From contig JAWOHE010000039.1 in assembly GCA_046485285.1 (NCBI GenBank), positions 1-25,091 of the forward strand: DNA of 25,091 bases, given 5' to 3'. This document shows, piece by piece, positions 8,066-17,912 of the stretch; within the stretch, counting starts at the first letter, position 1; each line of letters opens with the position of its first letter. Both the position numbers and the translations under genes were made by a program. The notes below the pieces were generated by a model. It was not told the origin of the DNA. It made no database searches and worked only from the letters and a program-made list of their open reading frames with translations. Source of the stretch: a bacterium (GTDB lineage: Bacteria > Hydrothermota > Tepidihabitantia > Tepidihabitantales > Tepidihabitantaceae).

Positions 8066-8093
8066 ATTATAGAACGCGCCCCCGACCAGTCAA
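8066..8093 (-). promoter_or_regulatory. Sigma70 promoter giving a leaderless tnaA transcript
   Basis: TTGACT (8093-8088), 16 bp, TATAAT (8071-8066), then 5 nt, then the GTG start at 8060. No SD sequence. Confidence 0.72.
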
Positions 8094-8153
8094 GAAGCCG
8101 GGGCGATGCGGCGTCCGCGGGTTGCGCCCTCCCCCGATTCGCCCCATTTTCTC

Positions 8154-8182
8154 TTGACATCCCGGCGGTTCGTTGTATTACT
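8154..8182 (+). promoter_or_regulatory. Probable sigma70 promoter for ferredoxin-PDO
   Basis: TTGACA (8154-8159) with an AT-rich TGTATTACT at 8174-8182. The -10 is imperfect. Confidence 0.45.
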
Positions 8183-8239
8183 ACGACGGTCAGTGATGAT
8201 GACGGCTGAGTCAGGCAGAACAACCAACGGAGGTCTGCG

Positions 8240-8428
8240 ATGAAACTGTCGGTCGACAAGGAGTTGTGCACGGGTTGCGAGCTGTGCGCATCGAGCTTCC
8301 CCGACCTGTTCGAGATGGCCGGCGACACGGCCAAGGCCAAGGTCGAACTCGTGCCGGAAGCGGCAGAAGATGATGCTCGCCAGGCCGCGGAAGACTGCCC
8401 GGTTGAGGCGATCAAGGTCGAAGACTAG
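8240..8428 (+). CDS. Monocluster 4Fe-4S ferredoxin
   Basis: 62 aa, acidic, VD...CTGCELC....P..F...AAEDCPVEAI. GGAGG RBS. Confidence 0.92.
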   Translation: MKLSVDKELCTGCELCASSFPDLFEMAGDTAKAKVELVPEAAEDDARQAAEDCPVEAIKVED

Positions 8429-8446
8429 CTGGCCGCGCCGGTCTTC

Positions 8447-8473
8447 GCCCGCCCTGCCCCGCGCAGGGCGGGC
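8447..8473. terminator. 11-bp GC-rich hairpin after ferredoxin (terminator or mRNA-stabilising stem)
   Basis: GCCCGCCCTGC, 5-nt loop, GCAGGGCGGGC. No U-tract. Confidence 0.4.
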
Positions 8474-8536
8474 CTCGCGTTCCGTCCGGCACGACCGGGT
8501 CGCGCCACTGGTATCGGGCAACCGAAGGGAGTGTTG

Positions 8537-9181
8537 ATGCCGTTAATAAGCGAGACCCTGAAGAAGAAGTCCAGGGAACTGCTGGCGAAGCTGTCAAGCG
8601 ACGTGAAGCTGGTGCTGTTCACCCAGGAGATGGAGTGCGCCCACTGCCGCGAGGCGCGCGCGGTTGCCGAGGAGGTCGCCGGGCTGTCCGACCGGCTGTC
8701 GCTCGAGGTTCACGACCTCGTGCTGGAATCGGAGCCGGCCCGGCGCTACGGCGTCGACAAGGTGCCGGCGCTGTGCGTCGTCGGCGCGGACGACCCGGGC
8801 ATCCGGTTCTTCGGCGTGCCGTCGGGCTACGAGTACACTTCGCTGCTCGCGGCCATCGACGCGGTCGGGCGGGCCGACTCCAGCCTGAGCCCCCAGACCC
8901 GCGCCCGGCTCGCCGAACTCGCCGCGCCGGTCGGCATCCAGGTCTTCGTCACCCTCAGCTGCCCGCTCTGTCCGATGATGGTCGCGCTCGCCCACCGGTT
9001 CGCGGTTGAAAGCAGCCGGGTGACGGCGGCCGCCGTTGACGCCGGCGAGTTCCCCCAGCTCGCCAACCTCTACGACGTGACCGGCGTCCCGCGCACGATC
9101 ATCAACCGGACGGTCTCGCTCGAGGGTGTGGTCCCGGAGGCGCGACTGCTCGAGGCCGTCTTCGAGGCCGCGGCCACCTGA
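8537..9181 (+). CDS. Protein disulfide oxidoreductase (two thioredoxin folds, PDO / AhpF-N-terminal-like)
   Basis: FTQEMECAHC and FVTLSCPLC CxxC motifs, YGVDKVPA, IRFFG.PSGYE, V.GVP. ATG at 8537 follows GAAGGGA. Confidence 0.9.
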   Translation: MPLISETLKKKSRELLAKLSSDVKLVLFTQEMECAHCREARAVAEEVAGLSDRLSLEVHDLVLESEPARRYGVDKVPALCVVGADDPGIRFFGVPSGYEYTSLLAAIDAVGRADSSLSPQTRARLAELAAPVGIQVFVTLSCPLCPMMVALAHRFAVESSRVTAAAVDAGEFPQLANLYDVTGVPRTIINRTVSLEGVVPEARLLEAVFEAAAT

Positions 9182-9214
9182 CCGCGACCGACGCGCGGCA
9201 ACCCGGGCAGGCGC

Positions 9215-10528
9215 TCAGCCGGACCGGGCCGCGCTGACGCGAACGTCGGGCAGCCCGGCAAGGAGGCCGCGGGCGCGGCCGATGTCCTCCGGGAAGCCGA
9301 GGACGGTGAGCCGAATCCTGCCGCCGGCCTGCACCTCGCGGACGACCCGTCCCGCCACCCGGGCGTGATGGACGAGGTCCTGCCGGCCGACCGGCAGGCT
9401 GAACCGGCAGGCGACCATCCCGGCCTCGAAGTGCCCGACCAGCGCCTGCCTCAGGTCCTCGATCCCCTCCCCCGATTGAGCCGAGAGGAAGACCGATCCC
9501 GGGTAGAGCCGGTCGAGGCGGTCCCGCGCCGCGTCGTCGAACAGGCGGTCGCACTTGCTGAAGACCAGCCGGACCGGCACCGACCCGGCGCCGACCTGTT
9601 CGAGCGTATCGCGGACGGCGTCGAGCGTGCCGTCCAGCTTGGTGTCGGTGACGTCGGCCAGGTGCAGCAGCAGGCTCGCCTCCCTGACTTCGGCCAGCGT
9701 TGCCCGGAAGCTCGCGACCAGCTCGTGGGGCAGGTGCCGGATGAAGCCGACCGTGTCGGTCAGGACCACCCGCAGGTGCTCCGCGAGCTGCCAGGGCCTT
9801 GTATTGGCGTCAAGCGTGGCGAACAGCCGGTCGGACACCAGCACCCGGGACTCGGTCAGGCGGTTGAAGAGCGTCGACTTGCCTGCGTTGGTGTAGCCGA
9901 CCAGCGCGACCCGGGGCAGCCGACTGCGCGCCCGGCGCTGGACCGCCCGCTCGCGGTCGACCTTCTCCAGTCCCCTGCGGAGCGCGGTGATGCGCTGCTT
10001 GATCCTGCGCCGGTCGACCTCGAGGCGGGTCTCCCCCGGCCCGCGAGTGCCGATGCCGCCCCCGAGCCGCGACAGCTCGTCGCGCATGCCGACGAGACGG
10101 CTCTGGCGGTACTCGAGCTGGGCGAGTTCGACCTGGAGGCGCGCCTCGGCAGTCCGGGCGTGAATCGCGAAGATGTCGAGGATGAGCGCGGAGCGGTCAA
10201 TCACTCTCACCCCGACCGCCTCCTCGAGGTTGCGCTGTTGGGTCGGCGTGAGGGGCTCGTCAACCACGACCAGGCCAACCGCCGCTTCCCGGCACATCGC
10301 GCCCAGGCGGTCAGCGAAGCCGCTGCCGAAGTAGAGCGCCGGGTCGACGCTGTTGCGGACCTGGACCAGTTTCTCCACCACCTCCGCGCCCGCGGTGGCG
10401 GCCAGCGCGGCCAGCTCATCAAGCGAGCCGGCGCGGATCCAGCGCTCGCGGTTCGAAGCCGCCAGCCCGGCAAGCAGAACCCGGGAAGAGCCCTCCCGGC
10501 CACCGCTCGAGTCGGTCACGTGCGTCAT
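9215..10528 (-). CDS. hflX: GTPase HflX
   Basis: LILDIFA.HA.T.E..LQVELAQL.Y, GTRGPGET.LE.DRR, GYTNAGKS, LFATLD, DTVGFI. Start at the ATG at 10528 (ATGA overlap with the upstream gene). Confidence 0.95.
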   Translation of the reverse strand: MTHVTDSSGGREGSSRVLLAGLAASNRERWIRAGSLDELAALAATAGAEVVEKLVQVRNSVDPALYFGSGFADRLGAMCREAAVGLVVVDEPLTPTQQRNLEEAVGVRVIDRSALILDIFAIHARTAEARLQVELAQLEYRQSRLVGMRDELSRLGGGIGTRGPGETRLEVDRRRIKQRITALRRGLEKVDRERAVQRRARSRLPRVALVGYTNAGKSTLFNRLTESRVLVSDRLFATLDANTRPWQLAEHLRVVLTDTVGFIRHLPHELVASFRATLAEVREASLLLHLADVTDTKLDGTLDAVRDTLEQVGAGSVPVRLVFSKCDRLFDDAARDRLDRLYPGSVFLSAQSGEGIEDLRQALVGHFEAGMVACRFSLPVGRQDLVHHARVAGRVVREVQAGGRIRLTVLGFPEDIGRARGLLAGLPDVRVSAARSG

Positions 10529-11103
10529 CCCTTGCCGCGACGAAGGACGTGGACCAGCCGCTCGCCGACCGTGTACGCGCTGCCCAGCACGATCACCGCC
10601 AGCGCCGCGGGCAGCCAGGTCCGGCCAAGGACAACCGCGCCGAACAGGAGGATCAGCACCCGGATCGGCCGCTCGAGCAGGCCGACCTTGCACTCGCGCC
10701 CGAGCCCCTCGGCCCGGGCCCGGACGTAGCTGACCATCAGTGAGAGCACCAGCGCCGCGATCGCCAGCATCACGTACCACGGCTCGGCCCGGTAGTACCA
10801 CGCGATGCCGGCGAGGACAATCGCTTCGCAGAACCTGTCCACCACCGAGTCGAGCAAGGCGCCGGAGTCAGACTGGCGCCCGGAGAGTCGTGACAGCTCA
10901 CCGTCCAGCGAGTCGCAGAGTCCTCCCGCCGCGAGCGCGACTCCGGCCCAGACAAACCGGCCGCCGGCGAACAGCCAGGCCGCGGCGATGCTCAGCGGCA
11001 GCGCGGCCAGCGTCACCGCAGTGGGTGACACCCCGGCTCGCGACAGCAACCGGACCAGCGGCCGGATCAGCCGCCGACCGGACTGCTTATGCCGTTCCTG
11101 CAT
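10525..11103 (-). CDS. CDP-alcohol phosphatidyltransferase (PgsA / PI-phosphate synthase-like)
   Basis: D..DG..(S)R...G..LDS..DR motif, SYVRARAE.LG....G..ER..R, several hydrophobic helices. ATG at 11103. Confidence 0.9.
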   Translation of the reverse strand: MQERHKQSGRRLIRPLVRLLSRAGVSPTAVTLAALPLSIAAAWLFAGGRFVWAGVALAAGGLCDSLDGELSRLSGRQSDSGALLDSVVDRFCEAIVLAGIAWYYRAEPWYVMLAIAALVLSLMVSYVRARAEGLGRECKVGLLERPIRVLILLFGAVVLGRTWLPAALAVIVLGSAYTVGERLVHVLRRGKG

Positions 11104-11851
11104 GCCCCGCCACCACGACCGTCGCCTCACCCCTGAGGTCACGCTTCACCAGCTCTTCGACAAGTCCGGCCAGCCTGCCGCGGATCACCTCCTCGTGGAG
11201 CTTGGTGAGTTCGCGGCCGACGACAACGTCCCGGTCACCCCAGAGCTCGAGCATCTCGCGAAGCAACGGCACCAGCCGCCGGGCCGGCTCGAAGAAAACC
11301 ATCGTGCGCGGCTCGGTCGCCAGTGCCTGGAGTCGCTTCCGCCGGCGGCCGTCGCGCCGGGGCAGGAATCCCTCGAACGCAAACCGGTCGCAGGGCAGCC
11401 CGGACACGACCAGCGCCGACAGCAGCGCCGAGGCGCCCGGCACCGGCACGATGCGGATGCCGGATGCCGCCGCGGCCCGGATCAGGTAGAACCCCGGGTC
11501 GGACACGCCGGGTGTGCCGGCGTCGGATACCAGGGCGACCCGCTTGCCCTGGCGGAGCATCTCGAGCACCTCCGGAGTCCGCCTGAGCTTGTTGTGGTCG
11601 TGGTAGGAGACCAGCCGGCCCTCGATGCCGAGCCTGTGCAGGAGCAGCCCGGTGTGACGAGTGTCCTCGCAGGCGACGAAGTCGGCCCGGCGCAGGACTT
11701 CCTCGGCCCGCCCGGTGAGGTCCCCGAGGTTGCCGATCGGCGTGGAAACGACATAGAGCCCCGGGGCGATCTCCGCGGCCGCCGGCTCCTGCCCGCTCAC
11801 CGTCCGCCGGCTCGCCCTGCCCGCCGGACCACAACCCTGGCCGGCCGCCAT
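11087..11851 (-). CDS. rsmI: 16S rRNA (cytidine(1402)-2'-O)-methyltransferase
   Basis: LYVVSTPIGNL.D, ACEDTR, LVSDAGTP.VSDPG, RELTK.HEE. Alternative GTG start at 11800. Confidence 0.95.
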   Translation of the reverse strand: MAAGQGCGPAGRASRRTVSGQEPAAAEIAPGLYVVSTPIGNLGDLTGRAEEVLRRADFVACEDTRHTGLLLHRLGIEGRLVSYHDHNKLRRTPEVLEMLRQGKRVALVSDAGTPGVSDPGFYLIRAAAASGIRIVPVPGASALLSALVVSGLPCDRFAFEGFLPRRDGRRRKRLQALATEPRTMVFFEPARRLVPLLREMLELWGDRDVVVGRELTKLHEEVIRGRLAGLVEELVKRDLRGEATVVVAGHAGTA

Positions 11852-13707
11852 CAGCCCAGCATGTCCCGCAGCGCCTCGAACTTGCGCAGCCGCGCCGGGT
11901 GGCGCAGTTTCTTGAGCGCCTTCGCCTCGATCTGGCGAACGCGCTCCCGCGTGATGTTGAATATCTGGCCGACCTCCTCGAGCGTCCGCGGGCAGCCGTC
12001 GCCGAGTCCGAACCTGAGCCGCAGCACCTTCTCCTCGCGCTTCGAGAGCACGCGCAACGACTGCTCGAGCTTCTCGGTCAGTAGCGACACGCCGGCCGCG
12101 TGCGACGGCGAGGCGCTCTTCTCATCGCAGATGAAGTCGCCGATGAAACTCGACTCGTCGTCGTCCACCGGCTTGTCGAGTGAAACGCCGAACTGCGAGA
12201 TCCGGGCCAGCGCCTCGATCTTGTCCTTCGGCGTCGAAAGGCGCTGGGCGATCTCGGAAACCGACGCCTCCCGGCCGTGCTCCTGCATGAACTTGCGCTG
12301 GAGCTTGGCGACCTTGTTGATGGCGTCGATGATGTGGGCGGGCACGCGGACGGTCCGCGACTGGTCGGCGATCGCCCGGGTTATCGCCTGCTTGATCCAC
12401 CAGGTCGCGTAGGTCGAGAACTTGAAACCTTTGCGGTAGTTGAACTTCTCCACCGCCTTGATCAGGCCGACGTTGCCCTCCTCGAGCAGGTCCGCGAACT
12501 CCAGCCCGCGGTTGACGTAGCGCTTGGCGATCGAGATGACCAGCCGGACGTTGCCCTCGATCATCTTGTCCCGGGCGGCAAGGATCTTCTTCTCGCAGTC
12601 GGACATCGCCTCCAGCGTCTGCCGGATTTCGGGCGTCGTGGCGGCAAGGAACTCCTGGCGCTCGCGCAGCCGCTGGCGAAGCTCCTGGGCTTCGTCGGTC
12701 TTGTCGCGCGTCTCGGCCTTCGCCTGCTCGACCTCGACCGCGAGCGTCAGCGCCTCGTAGGCAACCTCCTTGAACTGGGACATGAAGACGTTGATGAGCT
12801 GGTGCTGGAGCTGGAGCTTCCTGATCCAGCCGAAGACCTTGCGGTGGAGTTCGTCGATCTGCGCCCGGGCCGCCGGCCCGGCCTGCCGGCGCGCGCGGAG
12901 CTCCTCGATCTTGTCTGCCGCGCGGCCGATGCGCTTGACCGCGTTGATGAAACGCTGGCGGTCGCGGAACAGCGCTTTCTGGTCGAACAGGCACTCGAAC
13001 TCGACCCGGGCAATCTGGTCGAGCGAGCGCGCGCCCTCTTCCACCGTCACGCACTCGGCGACGAGCCGACGCATCATCGCCACCGGCCGGAACATGAACT
13101 GGATGATGCTCTCGTAGCCCTCCTCAATCTCGCGCGAGTAGTGGATCTCCTCCTCGCGGGTGAGGAGCGGCAGTTTCGAGAGCTCGCGGAAGTAGGACTT
13201 GGTCGGGTCCTCGGTGCGCTGAATGACCGGCTTGGGACCGCGCTTGAGCGCGGCGGCCGGTTTCTCGTGGGCGTCGGTGACCCGGATTCCCTCGGCGGCC
13301 AGCTCGGCAATCAGCTGGTCGATCTGGTCCGAGGACATCATCACGTTCTCGGGCAGGAGCTCTTCCAGTTCCTCGTAGGTTATCTGCTTGTCCCGGGCCG
13401 CGCGCTCGTGGATGCTGCCCAGCCAGTTCGCTCGCCGTCCCGACACGTCGTCCTCATCAGCACCGAGGACGTCGCCGTCCTCGACGTCAGCCTCGCTCGC
13501 GACCGCGGCGGCCTGTTTCCGCGGGCCTGCCGCCCGGGGGCGGCCGGGCGACTTGCGCGCCCCGGCCCGGGCACGGGCGACCCGCTTGCCCGCCTTCTCG
13601 GTCCGGACCCTGGTCTCGGCGCCGCGCCGTCCCCGGACCGGGCTCGACGACCGTGCCGGTTTGCGCCGCTTCACTTCTCTCTTACTCGACGTTCTTCTCA
13701 AGCTCAT
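11851..13707 (-). CDS. rpoD: Primary RNA polymerase sigma factor (sigma70)
   Basis: Region 1.1-like segment, region 1.2 DP...Y..E....LL, non-conserved region, [53 protein letters not shown]. Confidence 0.95.
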   Translation of the reverse strand: MSLRRTSSKREVKRRKPARSSSPVRGRRGAETRVRTEKAGKRVARARAGARKSPGRPRAAGPRKQAAAVASEADVEDGDVLGADEDDVSGRRANWLGSIHERAARDKQITYEELEELLPENVMMSSDQIDQLIAELAAEGIRVTDAHEKPAAALKRGPKPVIQRTEDPTKSYFRELSKLPLLTREEEIHYSREIEEGYESIIQFMFRPVAMMRRLVAECVTVEEGARSLDQIARVEFECLFDQKALFRDRQRFINAVKRIGRAADKIEELRARRQAGPAARAQIDELHRKVFGWIRKLQLQHQLINVFMSQFKEVAYEALTLAVEVEQAKAETRDKTDEAQELRQRLRERQEFLAATTPEIRQTLEAMSDCEKKILAARDKMIEGNVRLVISIAKRYVNRGLEFADLLEEGNVGLIKAVEKFNYRKGFKFSTYATWWIKQAITRAIADQSRTVRVPAHIIDAINKVAKLQRKFMQEHGREASVSEIAQRLSTPKDKIEALARISQFGVSLDKPVDDDESSFIGDFICDEKSASPSHAAGVSLLTEKLEQSLRVLSKREEKVLRLRFGLGDGCPRTLEEVGQIFNITRERVRQIEAKALKKLRHPARLRKFEALRDMLG

Positions 13708-15355
13708 CGATGTCTCCTCTATGGGCGGCCCGCTGGAGCTGCGTGTGCTCCTTCGCCAGCCGTTCCGCCTGCTCGCCGTCCTCGGTCGTCACGATCTGCC
13801 GCTGCAGCCGGGCAGCCAGCATCCGCTGCACGCGGGCCCGAAACTCCTCGGCGCTCGGCAGCGCCGCCCGGACGAAGGTCCACCCGGCAATCCGCTGCCG
13901 GCGCTCGTCTGCCTCGAAACGATCCAGCAGCATCGCCGGGCCGTATCCCTCCTCGCCGCACGCGCGTTGCGCCGCTTCAACGATGGCCCGGAGCTCCTCG
14001 TCGGCAATCAGCTCCGCCAGGCCCAGCTCCGCCGCGACCCGCGCCAGCCCGGCATCCTGCACCACCGCTGCGACCAGCTGCTCCTCGACAGCCGGCCGGG
14101 CCGGCGGTTTCCTGGCCGTCCCGGGCCGCCGCGGCGCGTCCTTTGCCAGCACGCGCTTGTCGACCTTGAACATCGCCGAGACCCGGTTGGCGAAGAGCTC
14201 CCGCGTTGCCGGGTCGGGGATCACCGCCAGCAGGTCAACCAACTCGCCCAGGACCCGGCGCTGGTCGGCAACGGCCACCGGCACGCGGCCGCCGGTCACG
14301 TGCGCCACAAAATCGACTGCCTGCTCGAGCAGTCGGGCAAAGCCGTCGCGCCCGGACTGGCGGATGACATCATCTGGGTCCGAACCTTCCGGCAGGCGCA
14401 CGACAAGCGGCACCAGCCCGCCCGCGAGCAGAACCGGCAGGCTCCGCCGTACCGCCCGCTGTCCGGCCTCGTCGCCGTCGAAGCAGACGGTAACGCTGCC
14501 GGTGAAGCGTCGGAGCAACAGGGCCTGTCCGGTAGTCAGCGCGGTGCCGAGCGGCGCGACCGTGTTCGGGAAGCCACGCCCGACCAGCGCGAGCAGGTCG
14601 AAATTCCCCTCGACCAGCAGTGCGGGCGCGTCGCGCAGGTACGCCTTGGCCTGGAAGAGCCCGTAGAGCCCGTCGCCCTTGCGGAAGATCTCGGTCTCCG
14701 GGGAGTTGAGGTACTTCGGCTCACGGTCGTCCAGCACCCTGCCGCCAAACCCGATGACCTTGCCGCCGATGCTGAAGATCGGAAACATCAGGCGCCCGGT
14801 GAAGTAATCCACCGGTCCGCTGCCGCGGTCGACGACGAGCCCCGCGCGCTCGAGAGCGCCGAGGTCCCATCCCCGGCGCCTCGCCTCGGCCCGCAGCCGC
14901 CCGCCGGGCGGCGCATAGCCGAGCCGGAAGCGCTTGACAGCGTCGGGTGGAATCTCCCGCTTGACGAGGTAGCGAAGCGCGGCTTCGGTGGTGCGGAGCT
15001 GCTGCTCGTAGAAGCGCGCCGCCTGCTCGCAGGCCTCGTAGACACCCTGGTGCAGGGACGGCCGGTCGTCGGCGACCTCGATCCCGAGCCGCTTGCCGAG
15101 GAACCTGACCGCCTCGGGGAAGGTCAGTTTCTCGCGCTCGATGACGAAGCTGACGGCGTTGCCGCCGATGCCGCAGCCGAAGCAGTGGAACGTCTGCCGC
15201 TCCGGGCTGACGTAGAACGACGGGCTCCGGTCCGGGTGGAACGGGCAGACGCCCCGGAAGTTGCGGCCGACCTTCTTGAGCGGCAGGTAGCCGCCGATCA
15301 GCTCGACGATGTCCGTCTCGGACCGGATGCGCTCGATCGTCTCCTGGCTGATCAC
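13682..15355 (-). CDS. dnaG: DNA primase
   Basis: CHC2 zinc finger CPFH....PSF...[26 protein letters not shown] and FDGD.AG. Confidence 0.95.
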   Translation of the reverse strand: MISQETIERIRSETDIVELIGGYLPLKKVGRNFRGVCPFHPDRSPSFYVSPERQTFHCFGCGIGGNAVSFVIEREKLTFPEAVRFLGKRLGIEVADDRPSLHQGVYEACEQAARFYEQQLRTTEAALRYLVKREIPPDAVKRFRLGYAPPGGRLRAEARRRGWDLGALERAGLVVDRGSGPVDYFTGRLMFPIFSIGGKVIGFGGRVLDDREPKYLNSPETEIFRKGDGLYGLFQAKAYLRDAPALLVEGNFDLLALVGRGFPNTVAPLGTALTTGQALLLRRFTGSVTVCFDGDEAGQRAVRRSLPVLLAGGLVPLVVRLPEGSDPDDVIRQSGRDGFARLLEQAVDFVAHVTGGRVPVAVADQRRVLGELVDLLAVIPDPATRELFANRVSAMFKVDKRVLAKDAPRRPGTARKPPARPAVEEQLVAAVVQDAGLARVAAELGLAELIADEELRAIVEAAQRACGEEGYGPAMLLDRFEADERRQRIAGWTFVRAALPSAEEFRARVQRMLAARLQRQIVTTEDGEQAERLAKEHTQLQRAAHRGDIDELEKNVE

Positions 15356-17676
15356 GCCTGCCCCGTCCTGAGCTCGACGACCGTCACGCCGGTGCCGCCC
15401 TCGCCCGGCTCCGCGAACCTGAACGAGCCGACCCGGGCATCGCGACGCAGCGCGCTCCAGACTGCCCGCTGGAGAACGCCCTCGCCCTTGCCGTGCAGGA
15501 TCCTGGCTTCAGCCAGGCCGGTGGCCGCCGCCTCGGCAAGGTAGCCCTCGAGCTGTTCGAGCGCCTCCTCGCGCGTCCGGCCGAGGAGATTGAGGCGCGC
15601 CGCCGGCCCTGCCGGCATCTCCTGCCAACCGGTCTCCGCCGGCTCCGACAGCCGGGCCCCTTCGACGCGCTCGAGGTCCGAGGCCGGCAGGCGCACCCGC
15701 ACGCTGCCGAAGGCGACAACGGCCTCCGTTCCCTCCAGCGACTCGACCCGCCCGCTCTGCCGGAGCGCCCGGGACCGGACCACGTCACCCGCTGCCGGCA
15801 TCGCCGCTCCCGACACGTCCGTCAAGACGGCTCGAGCCGCGCTCCCCGCCTCCGCGTCGACCGTCCGCATCCGCTCTTCCACCGCGCGCTTGGCCCTGAC
15901 GATCGCTTCGTGGCTGGCCTGGCTCTCGCGGATGTCCCGGACGAGGTTCTCGATTTCACGCCGGGCTTCGTCGAGCATCCGCCGCTGGCGGACGACGCTC
16001 CGCTCCCTCTCCCGCCCGGCCTCGGCCTGGAGTGCGGCCAGCTTCGTCTCGTACTCGGCTCTCGTCCTGATCGTGATGGCGAGCTGGCGCTCGACCTCGG
16101 CCCGGGCGCACCGGACCGCCTCGAGCTCCCGTTCGAGCTCGCGCAGGCGACCGGCCAGGTCGACCCAGTCCTGTCCGACGCGGACACGGGCGCGACCCAG
16201 CAGCTCCTCCGGCAGGCCGGCGGCCGCGGCGACCTCGAGCGCGCTCGACTCCCCGGGCAGGCCTATCGTCAGCCGGTAGGTCGGGGCACTGTCGGCCATT
16301 CCCATCGCGGCGTTGACCATCTGCGGGTGGTCCTGGACGAACAGCTTCAGCGCCCAGAGGTGACTCGTCGCGATCACCCGCACGCCCCGTTCGTGCAGGG
16401 TCTCCAGCACCGCGATCGCCAGCGCGGCACCCTCCTCGGGCGAGGTCGCGGCGCCGACCTCGTCGAGCAGGACCAGGCTGCCGGCGTCGGCCTCCTCGAG
16501 CAGCAGCTTCAGCTTGCCGACGTGGGCGGTGAACGAGGACAGGTCCGCGTCCAGTGACTGGTCGTCGCCGATGTCGGCGAAGACCTGGCGGTAGAACGGC
16601 AGCTCGGTCCCCCGCGCCGCCGGGACGAAAACTCCCGACGCCGCGAGCAGGCAGAACAGCCCGAGCGTCTTGAGCACCACCGTCTTGCCGCCCGCGTTCG
16701 GGCCTGAGATCAGGAGGACGCCGGCGTCGTCGGAGAGGTCGAGGTCGAGCGGCACGACCCGGACCCTGCGCCTCAGGAGTATCGGGTGCCGCCCGCTCCT
16801 GACGCGGACGCGCCGTTCGGTCAGCGCCGGGCGAGCACAGTCGAACTCCTCGACGAACCGGCGCTTGGCGAGCAGGAAGTCGAGCCGGCCGAGCGCGGCC
16901 AGCCCGAGGCCGAGCGGATCCGCCCGGCCCGCCACCAGCTCGGAGAGCCGGCGCAGCACCCGCGCGACCTCCTCGGCCTCGCGGCCCCGGAGCTCCTCCG
17001 CCCGGTTCTGGTCGCCGACGGTCGGCATCGGCTCGACGAACAGCGTCCGGCCGGTGCCCGAACTCTCGTGGACGACCCCGGCGACCCGGTCGCGGTGCTC
17101 GAGACGGACCGGCACGACAAGGCGGTCGTGGCGCACCGTCGGCCTCTCACCATACCAGTCGGGATGCTCGGCCAGCATCTCCTCCAGCCGCCCGACAACC
17201 CTTGCCCGGAGCCCGCGCAACTCGCGCCGAACCCGGGCGAGCGCGTCGGATGCCGAGTCCACGACCTCGCCGCTCTCATCCAGCGCCAACGCGATCTCGG
17301 CCGCGAGATCATCCTCGGCTCCGATTGCCTCGAGCTCGGGCGACAGCAGGGGAAGCGCGGAGCGATACCCGTCCAGGAAGCGCCGGCAGGCGGCGAGAGC
17401 CTCGGCCGAGCGGCCGACCGCGAGCAGTTCCCCGCCGGTCAGCACGCCGCCGGTCCGGGACCGCTCAATCAGCGGCCTCGCGTCGGCGCCCGGGCCGAGC
17501 TCGGGCACGGACTCGAGCGCGACGACCTCGGCCAGTCGGTCGAGCTCGCCCTCCGCCTCGGGGCGGGTGGCGAACGGCCGCATCTGCGACGCAAGCTCGA
17601 CCCCCATCGGGGTTCGGCAGTTCGCGACCAGCATCTCCCGCGCCCGCGGGAAGTCGACCACCTGCCAGCTTCTCAC
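15352..17676 (-). CDS. mutS2: MutS2 (ATPase, coiled coil, KOW, Smr)
   Basis: G.T.FVEP, GPNAGGKT, DIGD.QS....LSSF, LLDEVG..T.P.EG.AL, C-terminal HGKG.G.L...GG.G.T. Confidence 0.93.
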   Translation of the reverse strand: MRSWQVVDFPRAREMLVANCRTPMGVELASQMRPFATRPEAEGELDRLAEVVALESVPELGPGADARPLIERSRTGGVLTGGELLAVGRSAEALAACRRFLDGYRSALPLLSPELEAIGAEDDLAAEIALALDESGEVVDSASDALARVRRELRGLRARVVGRLEEMLAEHPDWYGERPTVRHDRLVVPVRLEHRDRVAGVVHESSGTGRTLFVEPMPTVGDQNRAEELRGREAEEVARVLRRLSELVAGRADPLGLGLAALGRLDFLLAKRRFVEEFDCARPALTERRVRVRSGRHPILLRRRVRVVPLDLDLSDDAGVLLISGPNAGGKTVVLKTLGLFCLLAASGVFVPAARGTELPFYRQVFADIGDDQSLDADLSSFTAHVGKLKLLLEEADAGSLVLLDEVGAATSPEEGAALAIAVLETLHERGVRVIATSHLWALKLFVQDHPQMVNAAMGMADSAPTYRLTIGLPGESSALEVAAAAGLPEELLGRARVRVGQDWVDLAGRLRELERELEAVRCARAEVERQLAITIRTRAEYETKLAALQAEAGRERERSVVRQRRMLDEARREIENLVRDIRESQASHEAIVRAKRAVEERMRTVDAEAGSAARAVLTDVSGAAMPAAGDVVRSRALRQSGRVESLEGTEAVVAFGSVRVRLPASDLERVEGARLSEPAETGWQEMPAGPAARLNLLGRTREEALEQLEGYLAEAAATGLAEARILHGKGEGVLQRAVWSALRRDARVGSFRFAEPGEGGTGVTVVELRTGQA

Positions 17677-17711
17677 AGTAGCCCGCCAGCTCCTGCGGCC
17701 GTATCGGCCGC

Positions 17712-17906
17712 TCAGTTATCCTGGTGCCGCCTGCGCCAGGCGCGGCGGCGCGACTCGGCCTGCTTGCGCTTTTTGCGCACGCTGGGCTTCTCGTAGTACT
17801 CGCGACGCTTCACGTCGCGGAGGATGCCGGCCTTCTCGCAGACCCGCCGGAATCGCCGCATGAAGCTCTCGTACGACTCACCCTCTTTGACAACGATACC
17901 TGCCAT
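17712..17906 (-). CDS. rpsU: 30S ribosomal protein S21
   Basis: V..GES.E...RRF....KAG......RE.YEKPS..K. GGAGG RBS. Confidence 0.96.
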   Translation of the reverse strand: MAGIVVKEGESYESFMRRFRRVCEKAGILRDVKRREYYEKPSVRKKRKQAESRRRAWRRRHQDN

Positions 17907-17912
17907 ATCTAC

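Noticed and set aside
8240..9181. Selenocysteine in ferredoxin or PDO redox motifs
   Set aside because: All CxxC positions are Cys codons and there is no in-frame TGA.
10529..10801. 91-aa N-terminal extension of HflX in the ORF track
   Set aside because: It overlaps the CDP-alcohol transferase gene. The ATGA-coupled ATG at 10528 is the better start.
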